Source of the DNA: Rhizodiscina lignyota
Lineage: Eukaryota
Length of the DNA: 64,000 nt
Reading direction: 5' to 3'
Assembly: GCA_010015805.1 (NCBI GenBank)
Contig: ML978121.1
Coordinates: 1,302,001 to 1,366,000, forward strand
The translations under genes were made by a program, and so were the position numbers. The first letter of the stretch is position 1, and every line of letters begins with the position of its first letter. This document shows, one piece after another, positions 39,773 through 52,678 of the stretch. The notes under the pieces are model-generated. The model saw only the letters and a program-made list of their open reading frames with translations, had not been told where the DNA came from and did no database searches.

Positions 39773-41869
39773 ATGGTCATCAAGCGCTTTCAAGACAGGC
39801 TTCTGGGGAAGCAGAGAAACGGCAGTGGTTGGTGCCTCACTTTGGCATACGTTACATCATAGCTAATGGACTTCCACAGGCTCAGATGATCCAGCGCTGG
39901 AGGGTGATTCGCCGCAAGCGAATGCTGCTCGAGGAGTGGTTAGTATTCGGCGGTGGATTGTTCGGAGATCTGTCACAAGAAGGCTAATGCCAACGATAGA
40001 GGTTATTTTGCGAATCTGGCGGACCAGAGAACAGTGTAAATCTTCCTTCTTCAATTGCATTGTATAAAACTAACGGCCTAATAGGGAGATGAAGTCCTCC
40101 ACCTCCCCGTCATCGTCGAATCCGCCGAATCCTCACCCGCCGCCGCCGCCGCTGCTGCATACCAGATCCGCAAGTTCCTCTCCAAGGACAACTATGGAAA
40201 GCCACATGTCCAGTATAATGCGATTATGCTCATAAGAATACTGGCGGATAATCCGGGGCCGTCATTTACAAAGAACATGGACACCAAGTTTTCGAACACT
40301 ATGAAGCAGCTGCTGCGGGAGTGTAAAGATCAGAGTGTACAACAGATTACGAGGGAGACTTTGTCAGCGCTATATCAGGAGAAGGGGTACGATACAAACC
40401 TAAACACTCTCTTCCAGATGTGGACGAAGGAGCAACCGGGACAGGTACGACCGCGTACATTGAATGCGCCGGCCTTCAATCCACAGCAGCAACAACAGCC
40501 GTTTCAACAGCCCTTTGGCTTTGGACCAGGCCCGACCCCTGATCACTTTGCGCATGGAAGCAGGTCTCAGCATACAGGTCTTCCAGCTCCACATGAGCTT
40601 GCCGCACGAATCGAGGAAGCCAAAACGTCTGCCAAGCTCTTACAACAGCTTGTGCAGAGTACACCTGCTTCTGAACTGCAGTCGAATGACTTGGTTAAGG
40701 AATTTGGGCAGCGCGTCTCTGCTGCGCAGAAGTCGATCCAGGGATATATCAATAGCGATAATCCGGCGCCAGACGAAGATACGCTCCAGACGCTAATCGA
40801 GACGAGCGAGCAGCTGAGTTTGGCTGCGAGCAAGCACCAACGCGCAATTCTGCAAGCTAGAAGGCTAAATGGGTCGAGTCCACCTATACAGGGTAACCCA
40901 GATGGGTTGTACGCTGGAACCGCGAGACCAGCATCTGGGGCGCCGATATTAAATGCTCCGGCTCTGCCCGTCCGTACAGGATCAAACGGCCTCCCTCAGA
41001 ACCCCCCAAGGATAACGAACACGCCGCCGCGTCAAGCAACGTACTTCCCCCCAATTGGACCACCTCCAGGCCGATCACCTCAGGCCGCAACTCCTAACGA
41101 CAGCGACACCCTCTACAACCCTCCTCCTGTCCCACCAGCATCGATGCGAGCTAACCTCGCACGTCATACAAGTAACCAGGAGCCTCTCCCGACCCTGGAT
41201 GGTAGCTTTGGCACCTCAAGCAGGCCTGCTATCCCGTCCATGACATTCCACAACGAGCCAATCGAACTCGCGTCACCCACGCCTCCTCCTCCAGAAGAGG
41301 CTAACAGAAAGCCCCTTCCACCCATCACCACCGACGCTGACGATGCAGAGGACCCATTCTCTGATGAGCACGTCTCGCCACACCCGGAGGAGCCGGTCCA
41401 CTATACGCGCCCTGATCCACCTCCGTCACTCAGAGCGAACCCGACCGGATATACAGCCATAGCCGCTGAACCAGACCAAGAGGAGCCAGTGCATTACACG
41501 CGCACCGATCCACCACCGTCACTCAGGACCAATCCAACTGGTTATACAACCATAGCCGCTAAACCTAGCCCAAAGACTGGCAGTCCCACCAGCTACCATC
41601 CTGGTTACCAGAGCACGCCTTCCTACATGCATCGCCAGCAGAGCTCCGGGGACAAGCTGGTTATGCATGGAGGAAGGACGAGTCCGGAGTCTCAGGGTCA
41701 GGCGCCGCAGAGGATGGGCAGCGCGGCGATGAGCGAGGGTAGTGAGAGGTCGAGCGCAGGTGGAACTGCTGAGAGGTACGAAGTAGCTGCAGGCCAGGGT
41801 GCGCCCAGGGGAGCAGCGAATGTTAGTCCGTTGTATGAGAGGAATAGCGGGAGTGGGTATCGGTACTGA
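39773..41869 (+). CDS. VHS/ENTH-like plus GAT domain protein (Tom1/Lsb5-like) with Pro-rich tail
   Basis: Exons 39773-39827, 39880-39938, 40000-40035 and 40085-41869 join in frame. QYNAIMLIRILADNPGPSFT, GAT-like ELAARIEEAKTSAKLLQQ...LIETSEQL. Confidence 0.82.
41387..41566 (+). repeat. Tandem duplication of a 93-bp (31-aa) coding unit
   Basis: EEPVHYTRPDPPPSLRANPTGYTAIAAEP at 41387 and EEPVHYTRTDPPPSLRTNPTGYTTIAAKP at 41480. Confidence 0.9.
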
Positions 41870-44397
41870 GTCTTCAAGAGCGTAAAGGGGAGTTGCTTCA
41901 ACGGGCGAGGTAGCGAGTATCGACCGGTTTCATAGCGTGGGGATTGTTTTTCATGATACCTTTCTGGTTGTGTTGGAATTACGGGTTGAGTTGCCGGTGC
42001 TTTGGAATGTATCATCTATATCATGCCCATGGCTGTTTCAAATTCAAAGCTTCCTTTATCATGCAGCGAAGAGCGTGTCGTACTCTGTTCTCCCCTTTAC
42101 GTCCATGATACACGTTCTCAGAGATGGACTCGTGCTTGCGGTGCGCGGGAGATATGCTCTTATCGTGTCTATCGATGGAATCGAGTTACAATCTTAGCAC
42201 AGCATTATGCGATGCAGTCCGGTTCAAAATAGTTAATAAACAGGGCTGAGAGGAGACATTGATGAAGGATTTCGCTATTATATTGACTGAGACATGGTGT
42301 AAATTGAGTCTACAGTGGACGCATGAGGAATCCTCGTCAAATGGCTACCACCCAAAGTATCGTCGTCAGAGTTAGATGGAATCTCGAAGTGGTTATCGTT
42401 CGAAAGCATAGATAAATAAGCAAAGAGGGAATACGTAGATGTGGCCAAGCGATGCTAAGGGCTCTTATCACCACTCTCAATCTGCGACAAATTGCAATTT
42501 TCGCCTAACCGAAGTGAGCAAGCCACACCGTGCAGATCGAAACTCGGCATATTTAATTTAGGAAAAGACAAAGTACGAGGCTGTGGCTGGGCACAATAGA
42601 AGAATGTGATTCACCTGCGCTAGAGGTGAAATCGGTGACTGCGATTCAGGCTCAAATTTGGCAGGCTGCATCAGCCAAAGCTGTAGTGTAGGACATACCC
42701 AACTTTCCGCGACGGTGTCACGAGAGTGTATAATGGGTTGATGAACAAAGAGGGGAACAGCGGACAAAGACAGGATATTTAACCTCATTCATATCTTCGC
42801 GTTTGAAGTTCCGGTTGATATGGACCGCCCTCACGAGGAGGAAAAGCTTCCACATGCAAACTACAGGAGACCATGACGGACGACGTCACCGTATTTGTTC
42901 GGCATCCCGACGGTAAACGAAGGGGTCCACGGGTTGCTGGGCCCGCTGCATGGTTAGAGATACTGCTTGCCGCGATCTACGCAGGGAGACGAGGTGCAAT
43001 CTGCACAACGGTTGAGATCCAGGAACCAGAGTCATTCCCAGGTTGCGCACCGATGCAAGACGAAATCCTTGAGGCTGGGGCAGACACGTGATATCCTTGC
43101 TTTGGTAGAAACTCTGATCAAAGCAAGCAAAGGCGTGCTCAGTGCCAGATAAATATTTGGGCTCGATGGGCTGTTGGGTTTGTTTTGCAGAATTGTTTGG
43201 TGGAGTGATGTTGGCTCGAGGGCAGTCCAGACCAATCGAAGCGCAGCTCCTTGCTCATCTTCAAACGCGCCTTGGCAGGGGACGTCCACGCCCACCACCG
43301 ATCTCCTTCGACTGGGTACCGGGAGCGACTGCTGCACCAGCATCCCCTTGGTACGCCTATCTGCTTGCCAATGCTGCTATTAACGCTTGACCAGTCGTTC
43401 ATGGCACCTCAGCAGGCGGATCGGAGGAAATGGGCGGCTTGAGCTTGCGGCTGGCCGAGTAAGAGGCTCAAGTGGTGGCGCTTCCGCCCGCAAGCGCCAT
43501 GAAACACCAGAGAAGCTGCCGCATTGACCTGTTTCGACCCACCAGATCGTTTCGCTTGCATTTGGGAACGATTGGCCTCCATAGGAAACGCTGGACTCTG
43601 TCCGTGCCTGCTGAGCCCCGGTCCCTTAAGCAGGCCTGCATCTCCAACCCTTTCAACTTCGTCACTTGTCTTTGATACCGCTTTACTTCTCTCTTGCGCA
43701 ACATTTGTTTGCCTGTCCGCTCTTTTCTTGCCGAGTACTGCGGCTGTCGTTCATTTCTACGGAGAATCACCGCTCCATTGTCGAGCCAAGCTTTTTTTAC
43801 TATTGTAGAGCTGCATCAATAGCATCGAGAGCGTGCCGTTCACTTCACAGCGTTCCCAACACTTTACCACACAGGACCTCGCTGCAGTTTTCACCCTTCA
43901 AACTTGCACGATAGATATTCCTTGACGTCGATTTCACAAAACCCGCCCAACATCTTTGGGTTTACTTCCCCAGCGCCGGCCAAAATCGCCACATCGCCAA
44001 GTGTTCAAGTCGACGCTGTCCCCCATTTTGGTGGCATCTCGGGCGGGGTCAACAAATTTCTGAGACCATGTATTGTTGACAATAGCATTGTGTCGCTCCT
44101 TTGTATTCACACCCGTCAACATCTCGGCCAATCACATCTCACAGCGACCCATTCGGCGGCTCAATACAAAGGAACACACCTCACATCGCACCAACTGTTC
44201 TATACTTTCCTCACTATTTTCACCATTGCTGGTATTTGGTGACAGTCATTCGCGCGTCCGACGTTTTCTTCCTCACATTCCAGCAGCAACCCGGTGATAC
44301 GGTCTGTTTACGATCGCTGCTACTATACAACATCACGGCATTCGCTCGCGCGTTTTTGACTTCGACTTCACCGCCGACAGCGCCGGCCGCGTCGACG

Positions 44398-46344
44398 ATG
44401 TACCTCCCTTCAATTCTACACTCCCGGGGAGTGGGCCTTACCGCCGCAAAGCTATCAGCACAGATCTCGGCAAGGCTGGCACTGCCGCTCCAATCGAGGA
44501 CGCCGTTCAATTCGCAAAACGAGAGCGCATTCTTTCCAGATAGTCCCCCGGAGACAAGCAACAAAACTTTCGACCTGTACGCTTACACCCGCGGCTTGGA
44601 CGGAGTCAACCAGAATGCAAACTGGCTGTTTGTAAATATTTTGGTGGCATGCTTCTTCTCGCTATGCTTCATATTTCTGTTGCTACGGTTCACGAAGATG
44701 GGAAACGCCCAAATGCGACACATTATAACGGCTGGAAGCAAAGACAACCAAACATTCTGGTCAATCAATCGGACCTGGTGGCGGCCATGGTTGAAGCGGC
44801 ACCTTGAGTATGCGCCATTGGGAAGAGCACGGCACAATCGCGAGATCCAGCTCACTTCTCAATTGACAATGGGAACGCTACCATCCCGGTTCCATACTCT
44901 TCTCCTGGCCTCCTACTTCGCAAGCAACATTGCTTACATGCTGGTCCTTCCATGGCATGAAAAGCAAAGCCAAAGTGTCGTTGCAGCTCTTCGTGGACGA
45001 AGTGGTATCCTGGCAGCCATTAACCTCATTCCGACGATCTTATTCGCACTTCGCAACAATCCCTTCATCTGGATTTTACACGTCAGCTATGACACCTTCA
45101 ACCTCTTCCATCGTTGGTGTGCTCGCATGGTCATCTTAGAGTCGATCATTCATACCTGTTGCTGGTTCAGCAATGCCTACTCAGCTGGCAAATGGGCGGC
45201 AATACATGAGGCACTTACTGAGGTTGATTCGTACAAATGGGGCATGGTCGGCGCTAGCCTCTTTACCGTCATGGGTATTCAGGCCTGGTCTCCCCTCCGT
45301 CATGCTTTCTATGAGACATTTCTTAATGCACATCGTCTCCTGGCACTCTTCGCCTTCATCGGCGTATACGTTCATTTGGACACACACACTCTGCCTCAAC
45401 TACCCTGGATACAGATCGTCTTTATATTGTGGGGCCTGGAGTGGCTCGCACGCTCAACTTGGCTTGCCTACTACAACGTTTCCCGTCGCCAGTTCACACG
45501 GGTCACCGTTGAAGCCATGCCCTCAGAGGCGTCTCGCGTCACGCTTCAACTCGCACGTCCATGGAAACCCCGACCAGGCGCACATGTTCATATCTATATC
45601 CCTTTTGTCTCACTCTGGTCCTCCCACCCTTTCTCAATTGCGTGGGCCGACATCAAAGCTCCCGAGCTCAAAGCTAACAGCCCCAACTTGGATCTGGAAA
45701 ACGAAGGAGACCTGAAGCTCAACCTCGAAGCATCCAACGCAAAGGCACACTCCATCTCCCTTGTATGTCGCGCCCGTGAGGGCATGACCCGAAAACTCTA
45801 CAAGCGCGCCTCCGCCCAACCCTCTCGTACCTTCACTACAATCGCGCTCATCGAAGGCCCCTACGCAGGTCACGACTCTCTCAGCTCCTATGGCACCGTC
45901 CTACTCTTCGCCGGGGGCGTCGGTATCACGCACCAGGTCTCGCATGTGCGCCACTTGGTGTCCGGCTATGCGGCTGGCACTGTCGCCGCGCGAAAGGTCG
46001 TTCTGATCTGGACTGTTCCGAATACCGAGTCACTAGAGTGGGTTCGTCCGTGGATGGACGAGATCCTGCAGATGCCGCGGCGGAGAGATGTGCTCAAGAT
46101 CAAACTATTCATCACCAAGCCGAGAAGCCACGCGGAAGTGGCGAGCGAAACGGGCACGGTTCAGATGTATCCTGGGCGCTGCAATGCACAGACTGTGCTA
46201 GATGCAGAGCTCAAGGAGAGGATTGGAGCCATGGCGGTGACGGTGTGTGGTCCTGGCGCATTTGCGGATAGCGTAAGAGACGCGGCGAGGAAGAGGGTAG
46301 AGGTTGGAGTATTGGACTTCATAGAGGAAGCGTTCACGTACTAA
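44398..46344 (+). CDS. Ferric/cupric reductase transmembrane component (FRE family)
   Basis: Intronless. Heme His motifs NLFHRW, IIHT, NAHR, YVH; FAD-binding HPFS; NADPH-binding EGPY, AGGVGIT, CGP; terminal EEAFTY. First ATG is 44398. Confidence 0.93.
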   Translation: MYLPSILHSRGVGLTAAKLSAQISARLALPLQSRTPFNSQNESAFFPDSPPETSNKTFDLYAYTRGLDGVNQNANWLFVNILVACFFSLCFIFLLLRFTKMGNAQMRHIITAGSKDNQTFWSINRTWWRPWLKRHLEYAPLGRARHNREIQLTSQLTMGTLPSRFHTLLLASYFASNIAYMLVLPWHEKQSQSVVAALRGRSGILAAINLIPTILFALRNNPFIWILHVSYDTFNLFHRWCARMVILESIIHTCCWFSNAYSAGKWAAIHEALTEVDSYKWGMVGASLFTVMGIQAWSPLRHAFYETFLNAHRLLALFAFIGVYVHLDTHTLPQLPWIQIVFILWGLEWLARSTWLAYYNVSRRQFTRVTVEAMPSEASRVTLQLARPWKPRPGAHVHIYIPFVSLWSSHPFSIAWADIKAPELKANSPNLDLENEGDLKLNLEASNAKAHSISLVCRAREGMTRKLYKRASAQPSRTFTTIALIEGPYAGHDSLSSYGTVLLFAGGVGITHQVSHVRHLVSGYAAGTVAARKVVLIWTVPNTESLEWVRPWMDEILQMPRRRDVLKIKLFITKPRSHAEVASETGTVQMYPGRCNAQTVLDAELKERIGAMAVTVCGPGAFADSVRDAARKRVEVGVLDFIEEAFTY

Positions 46345-46914
46345 GGGCCTGTGCATTTCGCATCTCACGCCACGGCTCAGCACATAGAGACGACTGGTCA
46401 ACGCCATTGTTGCATAGCATTGCGAGGAGTTTGGGACGCTTGAGCATCGTTTTCTTTCATCGCTTCCGATCCGCCATGGATATGGAGGTATAGATATCCT
46501 AGAGAGTCTGGCTTGAAATTAAGTCGAAATTTCCAAAATTGTGTTCAGATCAATACATTTAAAGCCTCGTTTCTTATCTAACTCATCGAATTTCTCCAGG
46601 TACTGTGATCTGTGGAAGCAGTTGCCACGTGCATTATGCATTCCATTCGAACGGCCACAGGGCGTCGGTCCAGATTTCGTCAGACCGAACCTCGGCTCGC
46701 GTTCGTCACGATCCCCCAACAACCCGGCCGCGTCCAAGAGCCGTTGTGATACGATCTTTTTCTATGGCCTGTATTCTTTGATTTCTCATACATATAACCC
46801 TTTGCTGCTCTCGCTCTCGCTCATGTTTTCACCGTGAGATTGGCGCTATTGGCGCATCGCGTTCCTTTGTCATCATTGTAGCCTCTCAATAAGTCGTATA
46901 TTGCACTTTTAAAT

Positions 46915-48217
46915 ATGGCCGCGAATATGACCACACTTATACCTCCGCCACCCCCGAATCCGGAGAAGGCACCTATTGAGAATGTACTCTCACTCACCCA
47001 GCTCCCTGATATCGATCCGGTATGCTCTAGTCGCAAGTCAAGAGTAGGAGAGGCGTTGACCGAGACAGGACTTGTTCACGAATACTCGCCCAATGTGGCA
47101 TCCGCCCGGTGCAAGAGGGATATATGGAGGTATGTCCATATCCAAATATTTACTCTTCGTGCGAAACCCAGTCCCTGACGCATATGTTATGTTATATATA
47201 GGTGCCGCAATCGCCCAATGTCTCGCTGCCGCCCAGCGTACCGTTCCCTCCAATTTCACGATCCACTCCATGCACTGCTACTTTGTGCTCAATGGAAACG
47301 CCGATATCCCCATAATATATCATGTCGAACATGTGCGTGAGGGCCGAAGCTTCGCGACTCGCACAGTCCAGGCTCGGCAGCGCGGGAAGCCCATCTTCAC
47401 CACGACCATGTCGTTTGTGCGAGAAGGTGCGGGCGGCAAGCAGCTGGTGGAGCACGAGGTCAAGATGCCCTTTGTGCCCGGGCCAATAGAGACAGACAAA
47501 GATGGCGAGGCTACGCGGCTACCGCAAGGTATAGAGGGGCCGTTCGAGAGCCAGCGCATTGATATCCTGAACAACAATAGCCCGGATCCACACACAAAGA
47601 AGGCGAGACAATGGATCAGAGCACGCGGCAAGATTAGCGACAAGGGCGGGCATCAGGCACATCTCAGTGCGCTGGCGTACATGAGCGACAGCTACTTCAT
47701 CGGCACTGTGGCGCGCGTGCATAAGCTGTGGCGCATGGCGAACCCAGGGCGGGCACGCAATGGCAAGCCCAGCATCGACGAAGATGTGCTTAAGAAGTTG
47801 CTTGACGAGAACGATGAGCAGACCATACTGAAGAAATTTCCGGAATTGAACGCGGAGCACATAAAAGATGTGAAAGAGAGTAGTGCTTCCCTTCTGAAAA
47901 CAAGAACGAATGTTGCTAAGAGGCCAGAGATCGGGATGATGGTGAGCTTGGATCATACGATTTATTTTCACAACCCAAGGGATTTCAGGGCGGATGATTG
48001 GATCTTTACGGAGATGGACAGCCCTTGGGCAGGCGACGGGAGAGGTCTGGTCATGCAGAGGATGTGGACGAAGGAGGGGAAGTTGATTGCAACTTGTGTA
48101 CAAGAAGTGAGTCCGACACTGCTCTCTGAGGATAACACCTTCTGTGAGAGTCACCCTTACTAACTACAGGCGTAGGGCGTTGTGAGACTGAAACAAGAGA
48201 AGGACTCAAAGCTTTAG
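46915..48217 (+). CDS. TES1: Peroxisomal acyl-CoA thioesterase II (TesB/ACOT8)
   Basis: Exons 46915-47019, 47069-47129, 47202-48106, 48176-48217. IYGG, HSMHCYF, REGRSFATR, LAYMSD, SLDHTIYFH, VQEG; ends in the PTS1 signal SKL. Confidence 0.93.
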
Positions 48218-49232
48218 GATCTATGGAGTTGACGAAATTTAGATCCGTGTGGATTGCCTTTTGGTTGGATAATGCGCATAAGACCTCATGTCCGCAAGGC
48301 GTCGGTATAGACGCATATTTGGAGCATTAGGCAGTCTTTACCTATAGATGGATCGGGCTGTATTGGCGCAAATGGCCGAGCTCGGTGTTTACCTAGCAAG
48401 GAAACTTGGAATACGGGTTTTCTCTCATGAACTAGAACAAGTCCTGGATATTCCTCGTCTCAACCGAGACTCCCGAAATGGAAGATTTCCCATTCCTAAT
48501 TCCTTGCCAAATCCCAGGTATTGCATATCCGATTATGGCAGCTGGAGCCACCATCAAAACAGGAAGTTATACGCACCAATGACGTCCGCTGTCGTTCTTC
48601 ATCTTATGGCTGCGATATTTCACAGGCCTCAACTCATACTGGTATTTAATACCCAATATTCATCAAATTGGCACCGAAATAATTCGGTTGAACTCTTGAT
48701 TAATCTCTCAGAGCGTATCAATTTCACCCTCACACTTAAATTTCTTAATTGGGCTGGATGGACCTTTTTGCGCCCTTCAAGACTGAATTGGCGAATTTAG
48801 GCACTGAGAATCGTACTATCCGAGAACCCGGTAGCATCATCATCGACCGGAAGATATTTGAGACCAAGAAGAAGTGCGGAGAACCGTTCGAATGACAAGG
48901 ATCTACGAACAGTTGCGGCAACTCAAGCTTTTCCCCACAACCTCCGCATCTACAAACATTCAGGAACAGACACAACGGACCAAATGCCGACCTTGGCACT
49001 ATATCTTGTATGGTAATCGAGTGAACCATGTACGATGTTGTTGGAACCAACGAGACATATAAAGACGTCATCTTGAGCAGTTAAGTTTCGACTTCGTTCA
49101 TGGGTCAGTATTTTCAACTGAAGATATGTTTGGTAGAAGGTCAAACTGATCCTTTGTTTTACTTTTCTGCTGCTACCTATATTTCTGGCTCTCGTAAATT
49201 TCCAAAGTGACAAGAAAGAGACACTGTCCAGA

Positions 49233-50710
49233 ATGATTATCCTTCCTATCCTCCTCTTCTCTCTCGGCGCTCTCGCGTATGGTCCTCCAAGTTCGAGGCA
49301 ATGCGAGACTGCCCGCTATGAAAACAGGCCTCGAGTCTTCGTTTGCACAGACATGAGCAACGAGCCGGACGATCAGATGAGCTTCGTCCGCTTCCTCACA
49401 TATTCGAACGAGCTGGATATTCAAGGCGTCGCTGCCGTCACCTCCGTGTGGCTGAATGATACCACTGACGCACCAACTATCCGCAAGGTTGCGCAGGCAT
49501 ATGGCAATGTGACGAACAACCTGAGTGCCAACGTCCCGGCGAGTGCTAGATATCCTCAAGACATACCAATCTACGAGGGCCATAAGGTATACGGCCTCGA
49601 AGCTCTCAAACTAGCTCCAAGTAATGCCGCTCTCGCCCTCATCAAAGCGGCAGACGCATCCACGACGGACAAACCGCTCTGGGTAACACTCTGGGGTGGT
49701 GCCGCCGTCCTCGCTGAAGCACTCAATCATGTGGAGCAAACGCGCGGCCAAAGTTCAGCAACCAAGTTCGCACAAAACTTGAGAGTCTACTCCATCTCGG
49801 ACCAGGACGATGCTGGTGCATGGATCCGCCAGCGCTACCCGCAACTCTTCTATATCGTCAGTCTGCACGGCTTTAGCGAATACACACAGGCGACGTGGAA
49901 CGGCATTTCCGGTGAACTATGGCGACATTTTGATAAGGGTGGTCCAGACACCACCCTTGTGACGAACGAGTGGCTTCAGCGTATCCGGATTGGCCCGCTC
50001 GGGCATTACTACTTGAATTTCAGTATCATCATGGAAGGTGATACACCAAGCTTCCTTCCCCTCATTCAGAATGGCCTTGGAGATCCAGAACACCCTGAAT
50101 GGGGCAACTGGGGCGGCAGATATATCCTGATGGACATGTCGGGCGCGCATCGTGTCTTCAGCAACGCAGCGGACTTTGTGATCGGGAAGAGCGGGGATAC
50201 GTATCTCAGCTCGTTCGCGAGTATTTGGCGCTGGCGACAGGCATATCAGTACGACTTTGCAGCGCGGATGGCGTGGTCTGTGAACGGCGATTACAAGAGC
50301 AACAATCACCATCCCATTGCGATTGTGAATGGGACGTGTGGGCCTAAAGTTATGACTGTCAACTACAAGTTTGGAAACAAAGTCGTTCTGGATGCGAGGG
50401 AGAGTTGGGATCCAGATGGTGATAGTTTGAGGTTTGGATGGCTCCATTATCGAGAGGTAGTGCAGAGGCTCGAGGGACCTATTGATAGAGTGAGCCATAA
50501 TATCACCATTGTCAATCTGACAAAGAGCGGGAGTTTGGTCAGCCTGGAGCCGAAGGATAACATTGTAAGTTTCTCCCGATATCTCCTGGGAATACCTCTA
50601 GTTGTTTCAAGCTGACCTGTTAGACGATGCATATCGTCCTCTCTGTGGAAGATGATCGAGATATGAGTCTGACCACGTATCGGCGGATCATACTCGAGCC
50701 GTCTGCTTGA
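49233..50710 (+). CDS. Secreted DUF1593 (Sde182 nucleoside-hydrolase-like) protein
   Basis: Signal peptide, RVFVCTDMSNEPDD, YSISDQDD, EGDTPSF, WGGRY, FAARMAW, SWDPDGD. Intron 50565-50623. Confidence 0.85.
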
Positions 50711-50959
50711 GACCATCATATAGGCATTGCCCTTGTAGACTTAAATGCAGGGTCACAGTTGTCGTACTCGCAAAGGATGTCTTTCAAAATCCTGCATTTC
50801 TTTCGTATCAGACGTCGAGGCGTATCCAAGGATGAGTAATGCCGTATTCCAACCAGAGGTTTTGTTTCCCCACCACCCAGGTCCACTTAACCTAAGCCAA
50901 CCCAAAGGACGCTACTACGCCAAAGCCATGCATAATATCAAATACTCCATGGTGTTCGC

Positions 50960-51816
50960 TCAACCAAGACATATTCCCACAAACTCATCTCTCCCAATTG
51001 ACCCATCCCCCGTTAAATCAAACTCTTCGATCATCGCGACCAGCTCTTCATCGCTCAATCCCTCGCCTAGCTCCCGCGCCACTCGTCTCAGGTCATCGAG
51101 GTTGATTTTGCCCTTTCCATCGGCATCGAAGAGCTCGAATGCCCGTAGGATCTCCTCTCGAGGGTCACGAGCTGCGATTCGAGCGGCCATGAGGGTCTGG
51201 AATGTTGCGAGAGGAAGGAGGAGACGTTGGGTGGACGCTGCACCGGATGCAGATTTTGATTTTGATTTGGGGTCAGCAGATGCGGATGTTACACTGCTAC
51301 ACGTTCAGTTGGATAGTTCGGGGGCTAGGGAGTCGTGTAGCTTGAAGTAAATGGATTTCGGTGGCCTACCCGTGGGTTTGTAGGATCTGTAGGATCTCTT
51401 GCTTGGGAAGGTCGAAGCCAAGTGCTTTCATGGCGACTTTCAGCTCATGGTAGTCGATGTGACCGTCTCTATCGAGGTCGAAAAGTTGGAACTACGTCCA
51501 GAATGATTTGTGAGCCCAATTTCTTCCAATACTCCTTATTTGTCCTGCGCAATACACTCGATTCTAAATGACCAGCACATACCGCCTCATCAACCTCCTC
51601 TCGTTGTTCCTCAGTAAGTTCCGCAAACTGGTTCTGCCCTGCGCGCTCAAGTCGCTCTCTTTCTGCCCGCTCTGCGCGTTCCCGCTCCAACCGCGCTGCT
51701 TCGCGTTGTTGCTGCGACGCTGCTGAGGTGCCAAAGCCAGATGATGGGCCCGCCAACCCTCCTCTGGAGAGGCCGGCGGTGTGAGGGCGATTGGGGAACG
51801 CTGTGTTTGTCGCCAT
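50960..51816 (-). CDS. CDC31: Centrin (EF-hand protein)
   Basis: Three exons. [70 protein letters not shown]. Confidence 0.93.
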
Positions 51817-52678
51817 TTGCAAGTTCTGGGGACTGCTGTGCTTTTGCGACGAGGAATCGTTCTGTTTCTGCGTATGCGACACTTGGCAAGACCTCAAGGG
51901 TATCCTTAGTAGAGCGCGTGAAGGATCGAGAGTCGCGTCGCGTCGAACACGGCTCGGCCCGTCAGCGAATCAGATGCCGGGTCGACTCCCAGACCTTTTC
52001 ACACGAGAAGTGCGTTGATACCCATCATTGGGTGGGGCTTGCGCTCTTCTATGCTAATAACTGGCTGCAAATGATGGGAGAAGTTACGCTGAATCCGCCA
52101 AGGGCAATCTGGTCGGTTATTCAAGTTGCAAGAATTGCCGCCATTTTGTCACCGCGGAGCGCACTCAGCCGCTAGGCGTCCTCTGCCAGCGCCAGGCAGC
52201 GATCAGGTAGAGGCAGCAATAAAAGACTTATAGGCATCAATACCAGACAAAGTCTCAGTTTTCTTTGTGAATAATTTCCATTGGTTGTGTGCTTGCTTGA
52301 CGCTCCTTGATAGGCTGTGCTGTGCTGTAGCTGTCACCCGACTTTGATTGCTTATGTAACTCTTGGCAGCCAACGAAAGGCTCATCCATGGATGTTCCCC
52401 CTCAAAAGTACAACATCTGCACCTACCTCACTCGTACCCAGACACCTCACCGAACTTCTTCACCCACGATTTCCTTCCTTCACGCCTTCTCTTCGCGCCT
52501 TCGCGCCTTCCTCTTTCGCTCAAATTGAGCTCTTTCCTTCATCACTTCACCCAAGCGCGCGGCAAACACGTCGCGTCTTGACTGCTTCATGCTCCTTTGA
52601 ACCTCGTCACTCTTCGTCGGAGACTCCACGCTACTGCTCTGATTGAGCTCAATCCTCGCGTCTGATACAACCTTCAAT

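Noticed and set aside
42200..44397. Long ferric reductase upstream region with four GCCAAG (PacC-like) motifs and an in-frame non-ATG extension to 44101
   Set aside because: Motif count is near chance for this length, and the extension is not protein-like.
48348..49213. AT-richer spacer with ORF fragments on both strands (possible relic)
   Set aside because: No family recognised and many stops in all frames; BLASTX would be needed.
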